64,000 nt of DNA, from the IMG/VR virus record IMGVR_UViG_3300008448_011250, positions 22,600-86,599 of that record; one strand, written 5' to 3'. A program made the translations under genes and the position numbers. The notes under the pieces are model-generated. The model saw nothing but the letters and a program-made list of their open reading frames with translations, ran no database searches and was not told where the DNA came from. This stretch comes from a virus. The stretch's first letter is position 1. Every line of letters starts with the position of its first letter. Below are positions 39,175 through 48,802 of the stretch, piece by piece.

Positions 39175-40016
39175 AAAGTTGTATAATCTTTGCATGTACA
39201 ATCATTTCAGAATCTAGATTAATAGTTTTACATAGATTTTTAGAAACATTTAAACTACATTTTTCTGATTGTGATATTTTTATTGGAATCAATCCAAATA
39301 GTTTACAACATGTTGAGGAAATTATCGATTCATATGATTTAAATGTATTATCAATGCAACGATGTTCAGAAGAATTGTATTCATTCAGTGATGCATCTGC
39401 ATACCAAATAGCATTAAAACAATTATATCAATCTAAAAATGAATATGAGAATTATTGGTTTGTTCATACCAAAAGCGGTGTTAATGAACATAGTAACTAT
39501 TTACGAGAATGGTATATTGGTAACTTTTTAGCAAAACGTAATTCAATAGAATCATTTATACAATCTTCACCGGGCGTCGGGTCGTATGGAATGTTAGGAT
39601 TAGAATTTGATAAATCTAGAAACTACTCCGAAACTGATTGTGAAATTGACTTGTTTAAAAACGTAATAACATCGGAATTACCTTGCACTCACGCAAACTT
39701 TTTTTATATACATACGCTTTATGTAATTAATAAAAAACCAATGCAAAATTTTCTAAAATTGATATCAAATACGTGGTTCGATATAAAATTAGATCGTTAT
39801 TATTTCGAAGGAGTGTTTCCATTCATCGTTTCCAGATCTGGATACTTTCCGTATTTAGAAAATCGCTACAGTTGTTCATTTATTGACTTACAACCATATA
39901 TTGAACAATGGATTTCAGAAAATAATTTGGAAATATTCAAAAATTATACTAATATATTTAAAACGGATTTTACATTCGAACAACTTTATCCACCATATGT
40001 TAATAGCAACACTTAA
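39171..40016 (+). CDS. Putative glycosyltransferase-like protein
   Basis: WFVHTKSG and RYYFE motifs as in RgpF/WcbX-like proteins; cluster context. Confidence 0.5.
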   Translation: MKSCIIFACTIISESRLIVLHRFLETFKLHFSDCDIFIGINPNSLQHVEEIIDSYDLNVLSMQRCSEELYSFSDASAYQIALKQLYQSKNEYENYWFVHTKSGVNEHSNYLREWYIGNFLAKRNSIESFIQSSPGVGSYGMLGLEFDKSRNYSETDCEIDLFKNVITSELPCTHANFFYIHTLYVINKKPMQNFLKLISNTWFDIKLDRYYFEGVFPFIVSRSGYFPYLENRYSCSFIDLQPYIEQWISENNLEIFKNYTNIFKTDFTFEQLYPPYVNSNT

Positions 40017-40719
40017 TCATAATCTTCCTGATTGGACAGATAATTTAGTTAATCAATTACAACGAGATCCACTATTTGCAGACTGCGAATTGATGGTATT
40101 AGATAACGGCTCATCAGAGCCTTTGGCAAATACAACAACACATCGCTTAGAAGAAAATGTATACTTCGGCGGAGGCTTCAATGTAGTACTTGATTATTTT
40201 TTACAAACAAAACATGAATACTTATATTTTCTAAACAATGATTTAGTATTCCACGGTCCTGCATTTTTAACTACATCATTACGAGAAGCACGAGAATCAG
40301 ATGCAGCAGTATATTCTGCAACTGTTATTAATGCATCAGTAGAACAATGTCATTGGCGACAAATGTGGAATTGGGGAACGGGTTTACGAGAAGTACGTTG
40401 GATAGATTTTCAAGCTCCATTGATACGTAGAGACATTTTAGAACATATACAGCAATTTCCTGCAGAATTGATACATGGGTGGGGTTTAGATTTTTATGCT
40501 GGATGTGTTGCAGAATCATTAGGATTAAAAACCATAGTTTCAGATACCAATACAATTACACATATGAATTCATTGACTTTCAAGGAAAATAAAATTAATA
40601 TAGGAGTATCTGAATTTTGTCAACGGGCAGAACTTGGAATGTACAATTATTTTTCTAATTCTATATATAAAGATTTATACTTTGAATTGAGAAGTTACGG
40701 AGAAAATTACACAATATGA
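39997..40719 (+). CDS. GT-A (GT2) glycosyltransferase
   Basis: LNHN, VLDNGS, FLNND, GWGLD; start moved to MLIATL. Confidence 0.8.
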   Translation: MLIATLNHNLPDWTDNLVNQLQRDPLFADCELMVLDNGSSEPLANTTTHRLEENVYFGGGFNVVLDYFLQTKHEYLYFLNNDLVFHGPAFLTTSLREARESDAAVYSATVINASVEQCHWRQMWNWGTGLREVRWIDFQAPLIRRDILEHIQQFPAELIHGWGLDFYAGCVAESLGLKTIVSDTNTITHMNSLTFKENKINIGVSEFCQRAELGMYNYFSNSIYKDLYFELRSYGENYTI

Positions 40720-41405
40720 TTCAACTAAAAGGAACAAAAATAGTAGAAGTTCCATACTTTGCAGATCAATTAACTGATAATACAAAATCAGTACTAATAA
40801 TTGGAGAATGTCAAGGGGGGCATGAAGGAGTTTCAGAAACTATTCATGAAAAGGGTTTTTTAAACGTAGCTACTACGGATATTATGCCATCACTACCAGA
40901 ATATTGGTTAAGACAAAATACAGAATGGGAACATATACAATGTGACTTTATTGAGTTTGATGAATCAAACAAATATGATTTTGTAATTTCAATATCAGTA
41001 TTTGAACACTTCGGATTTTGGTTTGCTGGTAATCGTATGGCAAACGGATTAGTAGAAGATGATACATGTAGGTGGAATCACGATATATTAGGAATCAATA
41101 AAGCATGTAAACTTCTTAAAGATGCAAATTCAAAACTTATAATTACATTGCCAGCTGGGCCATATATGAATTATGAAGAATCTGGAGAACCATTTTTACG
41201 GTATTATGATTATCGTAGGCAGAATTTAATTAAACAAGAATTGCAAAGAAATGGATATTATGTTTCAAATGAAAAGTTCTTTTATTCCGCAGATTTCAAT
41301 ACATGGGAAGAAATGTCTGCAGAAATAAATGATCCAAAATTTTATTCACATTATAATTTATATACACCTAATGTAATTTGGGGAGTAACAATTCAACAAA
41401 TATGA
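40716..41405 (+). CDS. SAM-dependent methyltransferase-like (DUF268-like)
   Basis: VEVPY, YDFVISISVFEHFG, LIITLPAG. Confidence 0.65.
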   Translation: MIQLKGTKIVEVPYFADQLTDNTKSVLIIGECQGGHEGVSETIHEKGFLNVATTDIMPSLPEYWLRQNTEWEHIQCDFIEFDESNKYDFVISISVFEHFGFWFAGNRMANGLVEDDTCRWNHDILGINKACKLLKDANSKLIITLPAGPYMNYEESGEPFLRYYDYRRQNLIKQELQRNGYYVSNEKFFYSADFNTWEEMSAEINDPKFYSHYNLYTPNVIWGVTIQQI

Positions 41406-42592
41406 TATCACTAATTATACCTAGTTACAATAATTTGCGCCACTTAAAAAATGCGTACGAAAGTATTAAAAAACATGCTCCGACTGCAGAAATAATTTTA
41501 TTAGATGATGGTTCGACTGATGGGACGTGGGATTGGATGAAAGAACGATATGCCGAAGATGAAAATCTAGTTATAATGCGGGTAGAGGAGAGAACGGGTC
41601 ATACTATTTTATATGATCAAGGTATAGAATATGCTACAAACGAAATAGTGGGCATATTACACGCCGATATGATTATTGGCCCAAGTTATATAGAAAACTT
41701 AGTAAAGCACTTACAACCAGGAAAAGTTGTCTGTGCGACCCGTATAGAACCACCTTTACACCCTCCGGGTAAAGAAAAAATCATAATGGATTTTGGACAA
41801 GACTTTGATACATTAAATATTGATGCATTTGAAGAATTTGCAATGCAACAGCAAGAAGAAAATGTAGATCGAGTAACATATGGAATGTTCGCACCATGGA
41901 TTTTATATAAATCAGATTTTCAAGCAATAGGAGGCCATGATCCATTATTTGCTCCATTTCCATATGAAGATTCAGATATATTTCAACGTTGGATATTAGC
42001 CGGATATGAATTAATACAAAGTCGCGATGCATTCGTTTATCATTTAACTTGTAGAGGACATAGATGGACAGAACAGGTTGGACAAGATGATGAATATTAT
42101 AAACAAGCTTGTACAAGAGCTAGTAGAAACTATTTACGTAAATGGGGTAGCTGGATTAAAAACAATGAATATCAGTATCCAATTATAATACCAAAATATA
42201 ATATTGCATTTGTAGTTCATAATTGCACATTACCTATATTAGAAGCATTAGAACCATGGTGCGATAGAATCTACATCGATGATGATATGCAAGTAATTAC
42301 AACTGCGTATATTGAAAAAGAACAACCAAATACTAAGTTTGATTTAACAAAACGCGTTTTGAATTTAGGCTTAAATTATCCAGAAGGAGAAAATGATATA
42401 GTTGTTGTAATACTTGATGCATCACAATTAGGAAATCACAATTTTCAATACATTCAGCAACTTCCAGAAATTATTGCAGATAATGGCGCTATAGGTGAAT
42501 TTAAACTAGATTGCTTTACTGTGATTATCAATCATCTAGAAACATATGAAAAAAATCTCATTAAACTTAACCAACAACATATTTATCTATGA
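41402..42592 (+). CDS. GT-A (GT2) glycosyltransferase with C-terminal extension
   Basis: IIPSYN, DDGSTDGT, HADM, GGHD, YEDSD. Confidence 0.88.
   Translation: MISLIIPSYNNLRHLKNAYESIKKHAPTAEIILLDDGSTDGTWDWMKERYAEDENLVIMRVEERTGHTILYDQGIEYATNEIVGILHADMIIGPSYIENLVKHLQPGKVVCATRIEPPLHPPGKEKIIMDFGQDFDTLNIDAFEEFAMQQQEENVDRVTYGMFAPWILYKSDFQAIGGHDPLFAPFPYEDSDIFQRWILAGYELIQSRDAFVYHLTCRGHRWTEQVGQDDEYYKQACTRASRNYLRKWGSWIKNNEYQYPIIIPKYNIAFVVHNCTLPILEALEPWCDRIYIDDDMQVITTAYIEKEQPNTKFDLTKRVLNLGLNYPEGENDIVVVILDASQLGNHNFQYIQQLPEIIADNGAIGEFKLDCFTVIINHLETYEKNLIKLNQQHIYL
42579..42587 (+). promoter_or_regulatory. Class II promoter heading the lysis cassette
   Basis: ATATTTATC at the end of the last GT gene. Confidence 0.5.
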
Positions 42593-42627
42593 AACGAAAA
42601 CGAATGTTATTAAGAATAAGGATTGCA

Positions 42628-42897
42628 ATGCGTCAAACCAAAAGTTTCCTGCAACGTTTATTGTCAGATTCTAGATCTGGCGATGTATCATCAAAGCGCG
42701 TTATCGGCGTTGTAGGATTTGTATCACTCATGGCCATGATGTTTATTAATTCATTGTATCCTAAATCAATAGCACCAGACGAACACCTAGTATCAGCAAT
42801 TGAATATATTGTTATAGCTGCCATGTTTAGCACAACGGCAGACAAGTTTTCGCCAACATCGAAGAAGAAGAATGATGACAATCAACCAGTAGTGTAA
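42628..42897 (+). CDS. Two-TM membrane protein (holin/antiholin-like)
   Basis: SSKRVIG + TM + TM ending ADKF; AAGGA before ATG 42628. Confidence 0.55.
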   Translation: MRQTKSFLQRLLSDSRSGDVSSKRVIGVVGFVSLMAMMFINSLYPKSIAPDEHLVSAIEYIVIAAMFSTTADKFSPTSKKKNDDNQPVV

Positions 42898-42901
42898 GGA
42901 T

Positions 42902-43327
42902 ATGAAACGGATGAAAACATTTCTATTAGTAAGTAGTACAACGACCCTATCATTTATTTGTACGTATTTTTTAAATTTAACAATGCATAATGCAGATCAA
43001 TATTTGGCTCTAGTTGCAGTAGTAATGTTAGATGGATTTTTTGGAGTAATTGCTGGTATGAAACGAGAAGGTTTCAAAACATATAAAGCTCTTAAAGTAT
43101 TACAAACCCTAGTAATTTGGATCATGTTTTTATCAACATTACTAATAGTAGAACAAGGATATCCGGGAACGAGTTGGTTAAGTGAAACTATATTATTTCC
43201 TTTCTTATTCTTTCAAATCATTAGTGCATTGAAAAATGCATCAATGTCAGGATTTATTGAAGCGACATTATTAACAAGCATATTAGATAAAATAGATCTT
43301 CATAAAGGAGACCGTAAAAAGGATTAA
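42902..43327 (+). CDS. Phage holin
   Basis: Multiple TMs, LDGFFG...SALKNA pattern; directly upstream of the amidase. Confidence 0.7.
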   Translation: MKRMKTFLLVSSTTTLSFICTYFLNLTMHNADQYLALVAVVMLDGFFGVIAGMKREGFKTYKALKVLQTLVIWIMFLSTLLIVEQGYPGTSWLSETILFPFLFFQIISALKNASMSGFIEATLLTSILDKIDLHKGDRKKD

Positions 43328-43329
43328 CA

Positions 43330-44007
43330 ATGAGTTTAGATGTTACAAAAATCAAACAAGTTCCATTGCGAGAGTCGCAATATGTAAAAGAAGAAATCAA
43401 AAAAACACAAATCGTATTGCATCACACAGCCGGCAATTCATCTGGCGTAGGCACAATTAAAATGTGGGATACGGATGATAGAGGACGCATTGCAACCTGC
43501 GTAACTATATCAGGCAAAGGTGCATCAAAAGATACATATGATGGAGAAATTTGCCAAGCATTTTCATCTCGCTTTTGGGCATATCATTTAGGTGTTAAAG
43601 GAGATGTATTTCGTGCAAATGGTCTTCCTGTTAAAAGCTTAGATAAATTATCAATTGGCATTGAAATTTGTAGTTGGGGGCCATTAGAGAAAAAAGGTGA
43701 CAAGTTTTATAACTATGTTGATAGAGAAGTTCCTGCAGATCAAGTTACTGAATTAGAAACTCCATATAAAGGATATAAGTATTATCATCGATACACTGAT
43801 GCACAAATTGAATCTACTAAAAATCTTTTATTGTATTGGCGCGATACATACGGAATTAATTTGACATACAACGAAAAGGATATGTGGTCAGTTTCTAAAC
43901 GAGCACTTAGCGGCGATAATGGCGTATATACTCACAATTCTTATCGTAAAGACAAAACAGATATTCACCCATGCCCTAGAATGATTGCAATGTTAAAATC
44001 TTTGTAA
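43330..44007 (+). CDS. N-acetylmuramoyl-L-alanine amidase (endolysin)
   Basis: IVLHHTAG, WAYHLG, SIGIEI, YTDAQ, THN...KTDIHP. Confidence 0.88.
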   Translation: MSLDVTKIKQVPLRESQYVKEEIKKTQIVLHHTAGNSSGVGTIKMWDTDDRGRIATCVTISGKGASKDTYDGEICQAFSSRFWAYHLGVKGDVFRANGLPVKSLDKLSIGIEICSWGPLEKKGDKFYNYVDREVPADQVTELETPYKGYKYYHRYTDAQIESTKNLLLYWRDTYGINLTYNEKDMWSVSKRALSGDNGVYTHNSYRKDKTDIHPCPRMIAMLKSL

Positions 44008-44022
44008 TTATGTCAAGTATCT

Positions 44023-44031
44023 ATATTTATA
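44023..44031 (+). promoter_or_regulatory. Class II promoter (leaderless)
   Basis: ATATTTATA; ATG 4 nt downstream. Confidence 0.6.
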
Positions 44032-44035
44032 TAAG

Positions 44036-45085
44036 ATGCTAAACGAATACGAAACACAGAAAACTCTTAATCCAAAACTTTGGGACGGCGATCGGCTTAA
44101 GCCAGGCCTACGTAAAAAGTTTCTTAAGATTGTAAAAGAATTTTACGCATTCTTAGAAATTGATGCAGAAGTTAAAGATATCATACTAATTGGCAGCAAT
44201 GCTAATTACAATTGGACAGAACATTCTGATATTGATCTTCACGTTGTTATTAATTATATGCAAGTAGGAGAAAACATTCATCTAGTTAAAAACTATTTAA
44301 TGGCAAAGAAATCCGTTTGGAATACAAATTATCCACTTTCGTTGCAAGGAACTCCAATTGAATTGTATGCACAAGATTCGAATGAAGAATTACATTCATC
44401 GGTGGGAGAATATTCGTTACTTAATAATAAATGGATTCGTAAACCTAGTGCTGATATGATATCGATTGATGATAGTATTATTGATCAAAAAGTAAAACCA
44501 TTAGCATATGAAATTGAACAACTTGATGCAAATGATCCTAAACTAAAAAAACGAATTAATGCGTTAATGCGTCGTATACGTTCTATGCGACAAGCAGGAT
44601 TAGATGCAGAAGGCGAATATTCAGTAGAAAATTTGGCTTACAAAAAACTTCGTAATGATGGACATCTAGACAAGTTAAAAAATCTGCTTCGCAAAGTAAC
44701 AGTAGCATATTTGCAAACAGAATCCGTTATACATGAAGATGCGGTAACTGCATTAGCAAAACATGTTAATGGCGAAAAAATGTTAGACGAATCTGGGTGG
44801 ATGCGCATAATGAAATTTACCGGTGCGGTAGAAGATGCAATGGGACAATGGAAACACCCGGGACGTTGCACAATGATACCTAGCAATAATATCACAATGC
44901 GCAATGTGTCACACGCAGTAATAGGCATCGATGACACGGGGCATATGAAAATGATGCGCCCCGGCGTTGAAACATATACATACCCGGGCGGACGAGTATT
45001 TGAAATACCTGTAACGCCTCAACAACGAACAATGATAATGCAATTGCGTAATGCAATACAAAATGGAGCGCGCTATGCAAAGTAG
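44036..45085 (+). CDS. Pol-beta-superfamily nucleotidyltransferase with separate C-terminal domain
   Basis: LIGSNANYNWTEHSDIDLH (GS...DxD), ELY, ENLAYKKLR; C-terminal GQWKHPG...FEIP domain. Confidence 0.75.
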   Translation: MLNEYETQKTLNPKLWDGDRLKPGLRKKFLKIVKEFYAFLEIDAEVKDIILIGSNANYNWTEHSDIDLHVVINYMQVGENIHLVKNYLMAKKSVWNTNYPLSLQGTPIELYAQDSNEELHSSVGEYSLLNNKWIRKPSADMISIDDSIIDQKVKPLAYEIEQLDANDPKLKKRINALMRRIRSMRQAGLDAEGEYSVENLAYKKLRNDGHLDKLKNLLRKVTVAYLQTESVIHEDAVTALAKHVNGEKMLDESGWMRIMKFTGAVEDAMGQWKHPGRCTMIPSNNITMRNVSHAVIGIDDTGHMKMMRPGVETYTYPGGRVFEIPVTPQQRTMIMQLRNAIQNGARYAK

Positions 45086-45266
45086 AGGTTTGGGTGATGA
45101 CATTAAAAAAATAACTGTAGCAACTGGTTTAGATCAACTTGCAAAACGAATTGCGCAAATACTTGATGAAGATTGTGGTTGCGATGATCGACAGGAATGG
45201 ATGAATGAAAAAACAAAGAATTGGCCTATATATAAGAAAAGGAACATAAATGGCAATAATAAATAA
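45075..45266 (+). CDS. Small phage protein
   Basis: SRGLGDDIKKIT...DCGCDDRQEWMN. Confidence 0.6.
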   Translation: MQSRGLGDDIKKITVATGLDQLAKRIAQILDEDCGCDDRQEWMNEKTKNWPIYKKRNINGNNK

Positions 45267-45816
45267 AACAGGTATCTCAAATGGGGGTACGATACAAGCT
45301 GAACATGTAACTCGAGCTATAGATGCATTAAGTGGTGGCTCTACAGATACTGTAATAGCAACGGGTTCATTTAGCGGATCTTTAGCAGGAATAGCAACAA
45401 GTGCATCATTTGCAACAACAGCTTCATTTGCATTAAATGCAGGAGGCGGATCTGGTGTCGGATTTCCATTTACGGGTAGTGCTAGAATAACCGGGTCTTT
45501 AGCTGTTACAGGTAGTTTAACGGTTGTAAGTAGTTTTGCAGCATCTGCTTCAAATATGAATATTTCGGCTACTAATTTTTTAGTAACATCTGGAGAAACT
45601 TATTTTACTGGATCAGCTGGAAAAGGATTTGGATCTGTTACATTCGGAAATAAAACGGCATTGGATTTACGATCTATCGATACAGGATCGGGATTTTCAA
45701 TACCATTACAAGCTCCAACCGCTCCAACAACGGGTTCTATGTATTTCGAAAAAGGCAATTTAATATTGTGGATTTATGATGGAGATCAGTGGACATATGT
45801 CGGTTTTCAACCATAA
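45250..45816 (+). CDS. Ser/Thr/Gly-rich structural (fibre/decoration-like) protein
   Basis: TGSFSGS, ASFA and ITGSL repeats; C-terminal GSMYF...IYDGDQW. Confidence 0.55.
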   Translation: MAIINKTGISNGGTIQAEHVTRAIDALSGGSTDTVIATGSFSGSLAGIATSASFATTASFALNAGGGSGVGFPFTGSARITGSLAVTGSLTVVSSFAASASNMNISATNFLVTSGETYFTGSAGKGFGSVTFGNKTALDLRSIDTGSGFSIPLQAPTAPTTGSMYFEKGNLILWIYDGDQWTYVGFQP

Positions 45817-45817
45817 T

Positions 45818-45826
45818 ATATTTATA
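45818..45826 (+). promoter_or_regulatory. Class II promoter
   Basis: ATATTTATA upstream of 45844. Confidence 0.6.
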
Positions 45827-45843
45827 TAAAAGAAAGGTTAATT

Positions 45844-46017
45844 ATGAAACTTACACAAGAACAAGTACTTGGAATCATACGACACACTTTGACTTTTGTC
45901 GGAGGTATTGTCGTTGCTCGAGGTTTAGCTGATGAAACTGTGGTTACTGAAATTATTGGTGGCGTTGTAACACTAGTTGGTGCCATATGGTCTATCGTAG
46001 CTAAAAACAAGGTTTAA
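45844..46017 (+). CDS. 57-aa two-TM holin-like protein (not in ORF track)
   Basis: MKLTQEQVLGIIRHTLTFVGGIVVARG...GGVVTLVGAIWSIVAKNKV; GAAAGG RBS. Confidence 0.7.
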   Translation: MKLTQEQVLGIIRHTLTFVGGIVVARGLADETVVTEIIGGVVTLVGAIWSIVAKNKV

Positions 46018-46019
46018 TT

Positions 46020-46490
46020 ATGAAACGACTTAACGAATGTGGTTGCGGTTGTGGTGGAATGTCTGGCGGATGTCAAGACACGGAAAGCAACAACTACATG
46101 TTCTTTCAGAATTTAAAAACGATTCATCATGCAGTTGGAGAATTGCTTGAAATGGATCCAATGCAAGTAGATAAACTATTAAGTGATGGCCATGCATGGG
46201 CTGTAGATCATATAACAACTTCTGCAGATGATGTAGAAGAAGTATATCATTTCATTACTAGTAATTTTGGTCATGATGATCATGATGCATACAATTCTCA
46301 ACAACCACAATTCGTTCCAGTCGATTTTAAAAATCATCTTAAACGCTCAATGAATGAAAAGATTCAAAAAGTTGAAGGCGGTTGGGCAGTATATCCTAGT
46401 AAAGGCGGAAAACGTTTAGGAACGCATCCAACTAAAAAAGCAGCACTTAAACAATTAGCAGCAATTGAAATTTCAAAACACAGAAAATAA
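46020..46490 (+). CDS. Hypothetical two-module protein (putative virion protein)
   Basis: MKRLNE leader, CGCGC; basic C-terminal module after SMNE. Confidence 0.55.
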   Translation: MKRLNECGCGCGGMSGGCQDTESNNYMFFQNLKTIHHAVGELLEMDPMQVDKLLSDGHAWAVDHITTSADDVEEVYHFITSNFGHDDHDAYNSQQPQFVPVDFKNHLKRSMNEKIQKVEGGWAVYPSKGGKRLGTHPTKKAALKQLAAIEISKHRK

Positions 46491-46491
46491 T

Positions 46492-46893
46492 ATGTTTGAA
46501 CAGATACTACATAGTATCAATCAATTTGGTAAAACCAAGTTAGCTCCGTCGCGCGTATGTGACGGAGTTGGTGTTTTTGCACTTACAAAAATCAACAACG
46601 GTTTTGTTTTATTTCATGACGTTGACCCGGATATAATTCATATTCCGTTTGATAAGATCGATGATGATGCAATACGAATACATTTAAACTCTACATGTAA
46701 TTCAGATAAATTTGGAATTTGGCTTTCTAGAACATATAATAATATTAATATGGCATACTATATTAATCATTCAGAAACGCCTAATGTATATCACGACTTA
46801 ACGTTAGATAAATACATTGCACTTCGAGATATTTGTGCTGGAGAAGAATTAACATGTTTATACACTAACGAGGAAATAGATTGGCTTACTTAA
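46492..46893 (+). CDS. SET-domain protein-lysine methyltransferase
   Basis: GVGVFA, YINHSETPN, RDICAGEELTCLY. Confidence 0.85.
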   Translation: MFEQILHSINQFGKTKLAPSRVCDGVGVFALTKINNGFVLFHDVDPDIIHIPFDKIDDDAIRIHLNSTCNSDKFGIWLSRTYNNINMAYYINHSETPNVYHDLTLDKYIALRDICAGEELTCLYTNEEIDWLT

Positions 46894-47519
46894 ACGCAAA
46901 CATACCAACCATTACATGTTTTATACGTAATGAATTTTTATTTAATTTTGAACGAGGACAAAGTGAATATACTGCTGCAGATGTACATTCTGTAGCATCG
47001 ATACAAAAAAGAACGCCATTATTTGAAGCATTTCTAGAAAATGGAGTAAATTGGACACGAAGACCAATTCATGCATTTTGTTGGAAGAAGAATGCTGAAA
47101 CGTTGCCATTAACGGAACATGTATATTGGGATTGTTTTTCTTCTTACATTGATGTTCAAGTACGAGAACGATTATCGGGGTTACGTGCAGATCTAATTAG
47201 CATTACAGGTGTCAAGCGCCAAGGGGTGTATATGTTTACATTAGATTGGAGTCATGAAAATCGCAACGTATTAGACACTAATTTTTCTGAAACTCCAGAA
47301 CATAAATGCGGACATGTATTCAAAATGGATAACGGAAACTATTTTATATATCCTAACAATAGAATCATATGGATGGATAATGCTTGGACATTTAATAGAA
47401 TAGATAAGAATCCGGGATATAAGATTGATATGACTGTTTATTCCGTTGAGGGAAAAGCTGGCTATGAAACAGACTATTCATATATGACGGAGTTTAAACA
47501 AGATAAAACAAACAAGTAA
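46881..47519 (+). CDS. Hypothetical phage protein
   Basis: TTG start; YLNANIP, WDCFS, YMFTLDW, EHKCGH, YPNNR. Confidence 0.65.
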   Translation: MAYLNANIPTITCFIRNEFLFNFERGQSEYTAADVHSVASIQKRTPLFEAFLENGVNWTRRPIHAFCWKKNAETLPLTEHVYWDCFSSYIDVQVRERLSGLRADLISITGVKRQGVYMFTLDWSHENRNVLDTNFSETPEHKCGHVFKMDNGNYFIYPNNRIIWMDNAWTFNRIDKNPGYKIDMTVYSVEGKAGYETDYSYMTEFKQDKTNK

Positions 47520-47527
47520 TATTTATT
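47519..47527 (+). promoter_or_regulatory. Class II promoter (leaderless)
   Basis: ATATTTATT; ATG 3 nt downstream. Confidence 0.55.
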
Positions 47528-47530
47528 AAT

Positions 47531-47863
47531 ATGAAACTAATAAATTTACTTTTTGAATCAAAAGATAAACCAGACACTTTCGAATCATTTGCAGATACTA
47601 GAGAAGCTGGAGCAGAGAAGATTGCTAATACCGCACATAAGAAGGGTGGATTAGCACTTTTAACGTGGCATCATTTCAAAGTTAAATTGCCTTACTATAA
47701 AAAAGCAGCTGCAGGACGTTTTGACTTAGATAAAGCAAAAAAGGAATTTGAAGAAACATATAAAAAGATATCTACTTCAATGTCACAAACCGAATTTCAA
47801 AGAGAAGTAGGTCGATTAGAAGTATTAGGTGAATTAATAATTAGAGAGGAACGAGGACGATGA
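47531..47863 (+). CDS. Hypothetical protein with MKLxxLLxE leader
   Basis: MKLINLLFE|S. Confidence 0.55.
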   Translation: MKLINLLFESKDKPDTFESFADTREAGAEKIANTAHKKGGLALLTWHHFKVKLPYYKKAAAGRFDLDKAKKEFEETYKKISTSMSQTEFQREVGRLEVLGELIIREERGR

Positions 47864-48555
47864 TACGCCTTACATCTTTATTAAACGAAGGAAACGGCCC
47901 ATTAACTGGTAAATGGTTAGATACTGGAGTTGGTTTAGCTAAATTATTAATTGCTCGTGGATTTTCAAAAGAAGCTGCAAGTGCTATCGTTGGAAATATG
48001 TGGGCAGAATCTACATTCAATCCTGCAGCAACAAATGCAATTGGAGCATTTGGTTTATTGCAATGGTTAGGCGATCGTAAAAAGGAATTGATTAAATTTG
48101 CAAATGGTCGCAAAATGAATCCAAACTCACTCAAAACTCAATTAGATTTTATCAAGTATGAATTGTTAGATGCGTATGATGGCGAGTATGCTTATGAAGC
48201 AAATCAATTTAAAAAAGCCATGGCGTCTGATACCGTTACGGGAAAAGCATACGCATTTGCTAAGTTTGTTGAACGTCCTAATAGTTCAGAATTAACTGCA
48301 TCAGCTAGTTCAAGAAAAATTGCAGCAAAAAATGTATATGATGTTTTAACTGGAATAAAACCTAAAAAAACTGCAGCTACAACACTTGGAAAAGCTTCTA
48401 CAAAAAAATCATCTAAAAAACAATATACAGTTAAACAAGGTGAAACGTTAGGTGGCATTGCAAATCGCAATAAAACAACGATAGATGCAATTCTTAAAAA
48501 GAATAAAGGACTTAAAGCTGATAAGATTGCTGTCGGGCAAAAACTATATATTTAA
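47860..48555 (+). CDS. Phage tail-type lysozyme with C-terminal LysM
   Basis: AIVGNMWAES, GLLQW, QLDF, ERP; YTVKQGETLGGIA...GQKL LysM. Confidence 0.85.
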   Translation: MIRLTSLLNEGNGPLTGKWLDTGVGLAKLLIARGFSKEAASAIVGNMWAESTFNPAATNAIGAFGLLQWLGDRKKELIKFANGRKMNPNSLKTQLDFIKYELLDAYDGEYAYEANQFKKAMASDTVTGKAYAFAKFVERPNSSELTASASSRKIAAKNVYDVLTGIKPKKTAATTLGKASTKKSSKKQYTVKQGETLGGIANRNKTTIDAILKKNKGLKADKIAVGQKLYI

Positions 48556-48584
48556 TTGGATATTGCAAAAATAATTCATATTAT
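48556..48584 (+). promoter_or_regulatory. Class I promoter (leaderless)
   Basis: TTGGAT-17 nt-TATTAT; ATG 5 nt downstream. Confidence 0.55.
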
Positions 48585-48589
48585 AAGTT

Positions 48590-48802
48590 ATGATCTTAGA
48601 AAATTTTATTAACCAGTTATTCGTTGATTCAATCAATATCATGAAAACAGATGAATGGGAATGGCCCGAGTCATGGAATATGCCCCGGAAAATCAAATTC
48701 CTAGATGAATCATTACAATATGCAGAAAAAAGAGAACTTTATGAGCAATGTGCAATCATTAGAGATGTCAAAAAAAGCATCACCGAAGACCAAACAAACT
48801 AA
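48590..48802 (+). CDS. Small protein with UVR (UvrB/C)-like motif
   Basis: AEKRELYEQCAIIRD matches AxxxExYExAAxxRD. Confidence 0.55.
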   Translation: MILENFINQLFVDSINIMKTDEWEWPESWNMPRKIKFLDESLQYAEKRELYEQCAIIRDVKKSITEDQTN

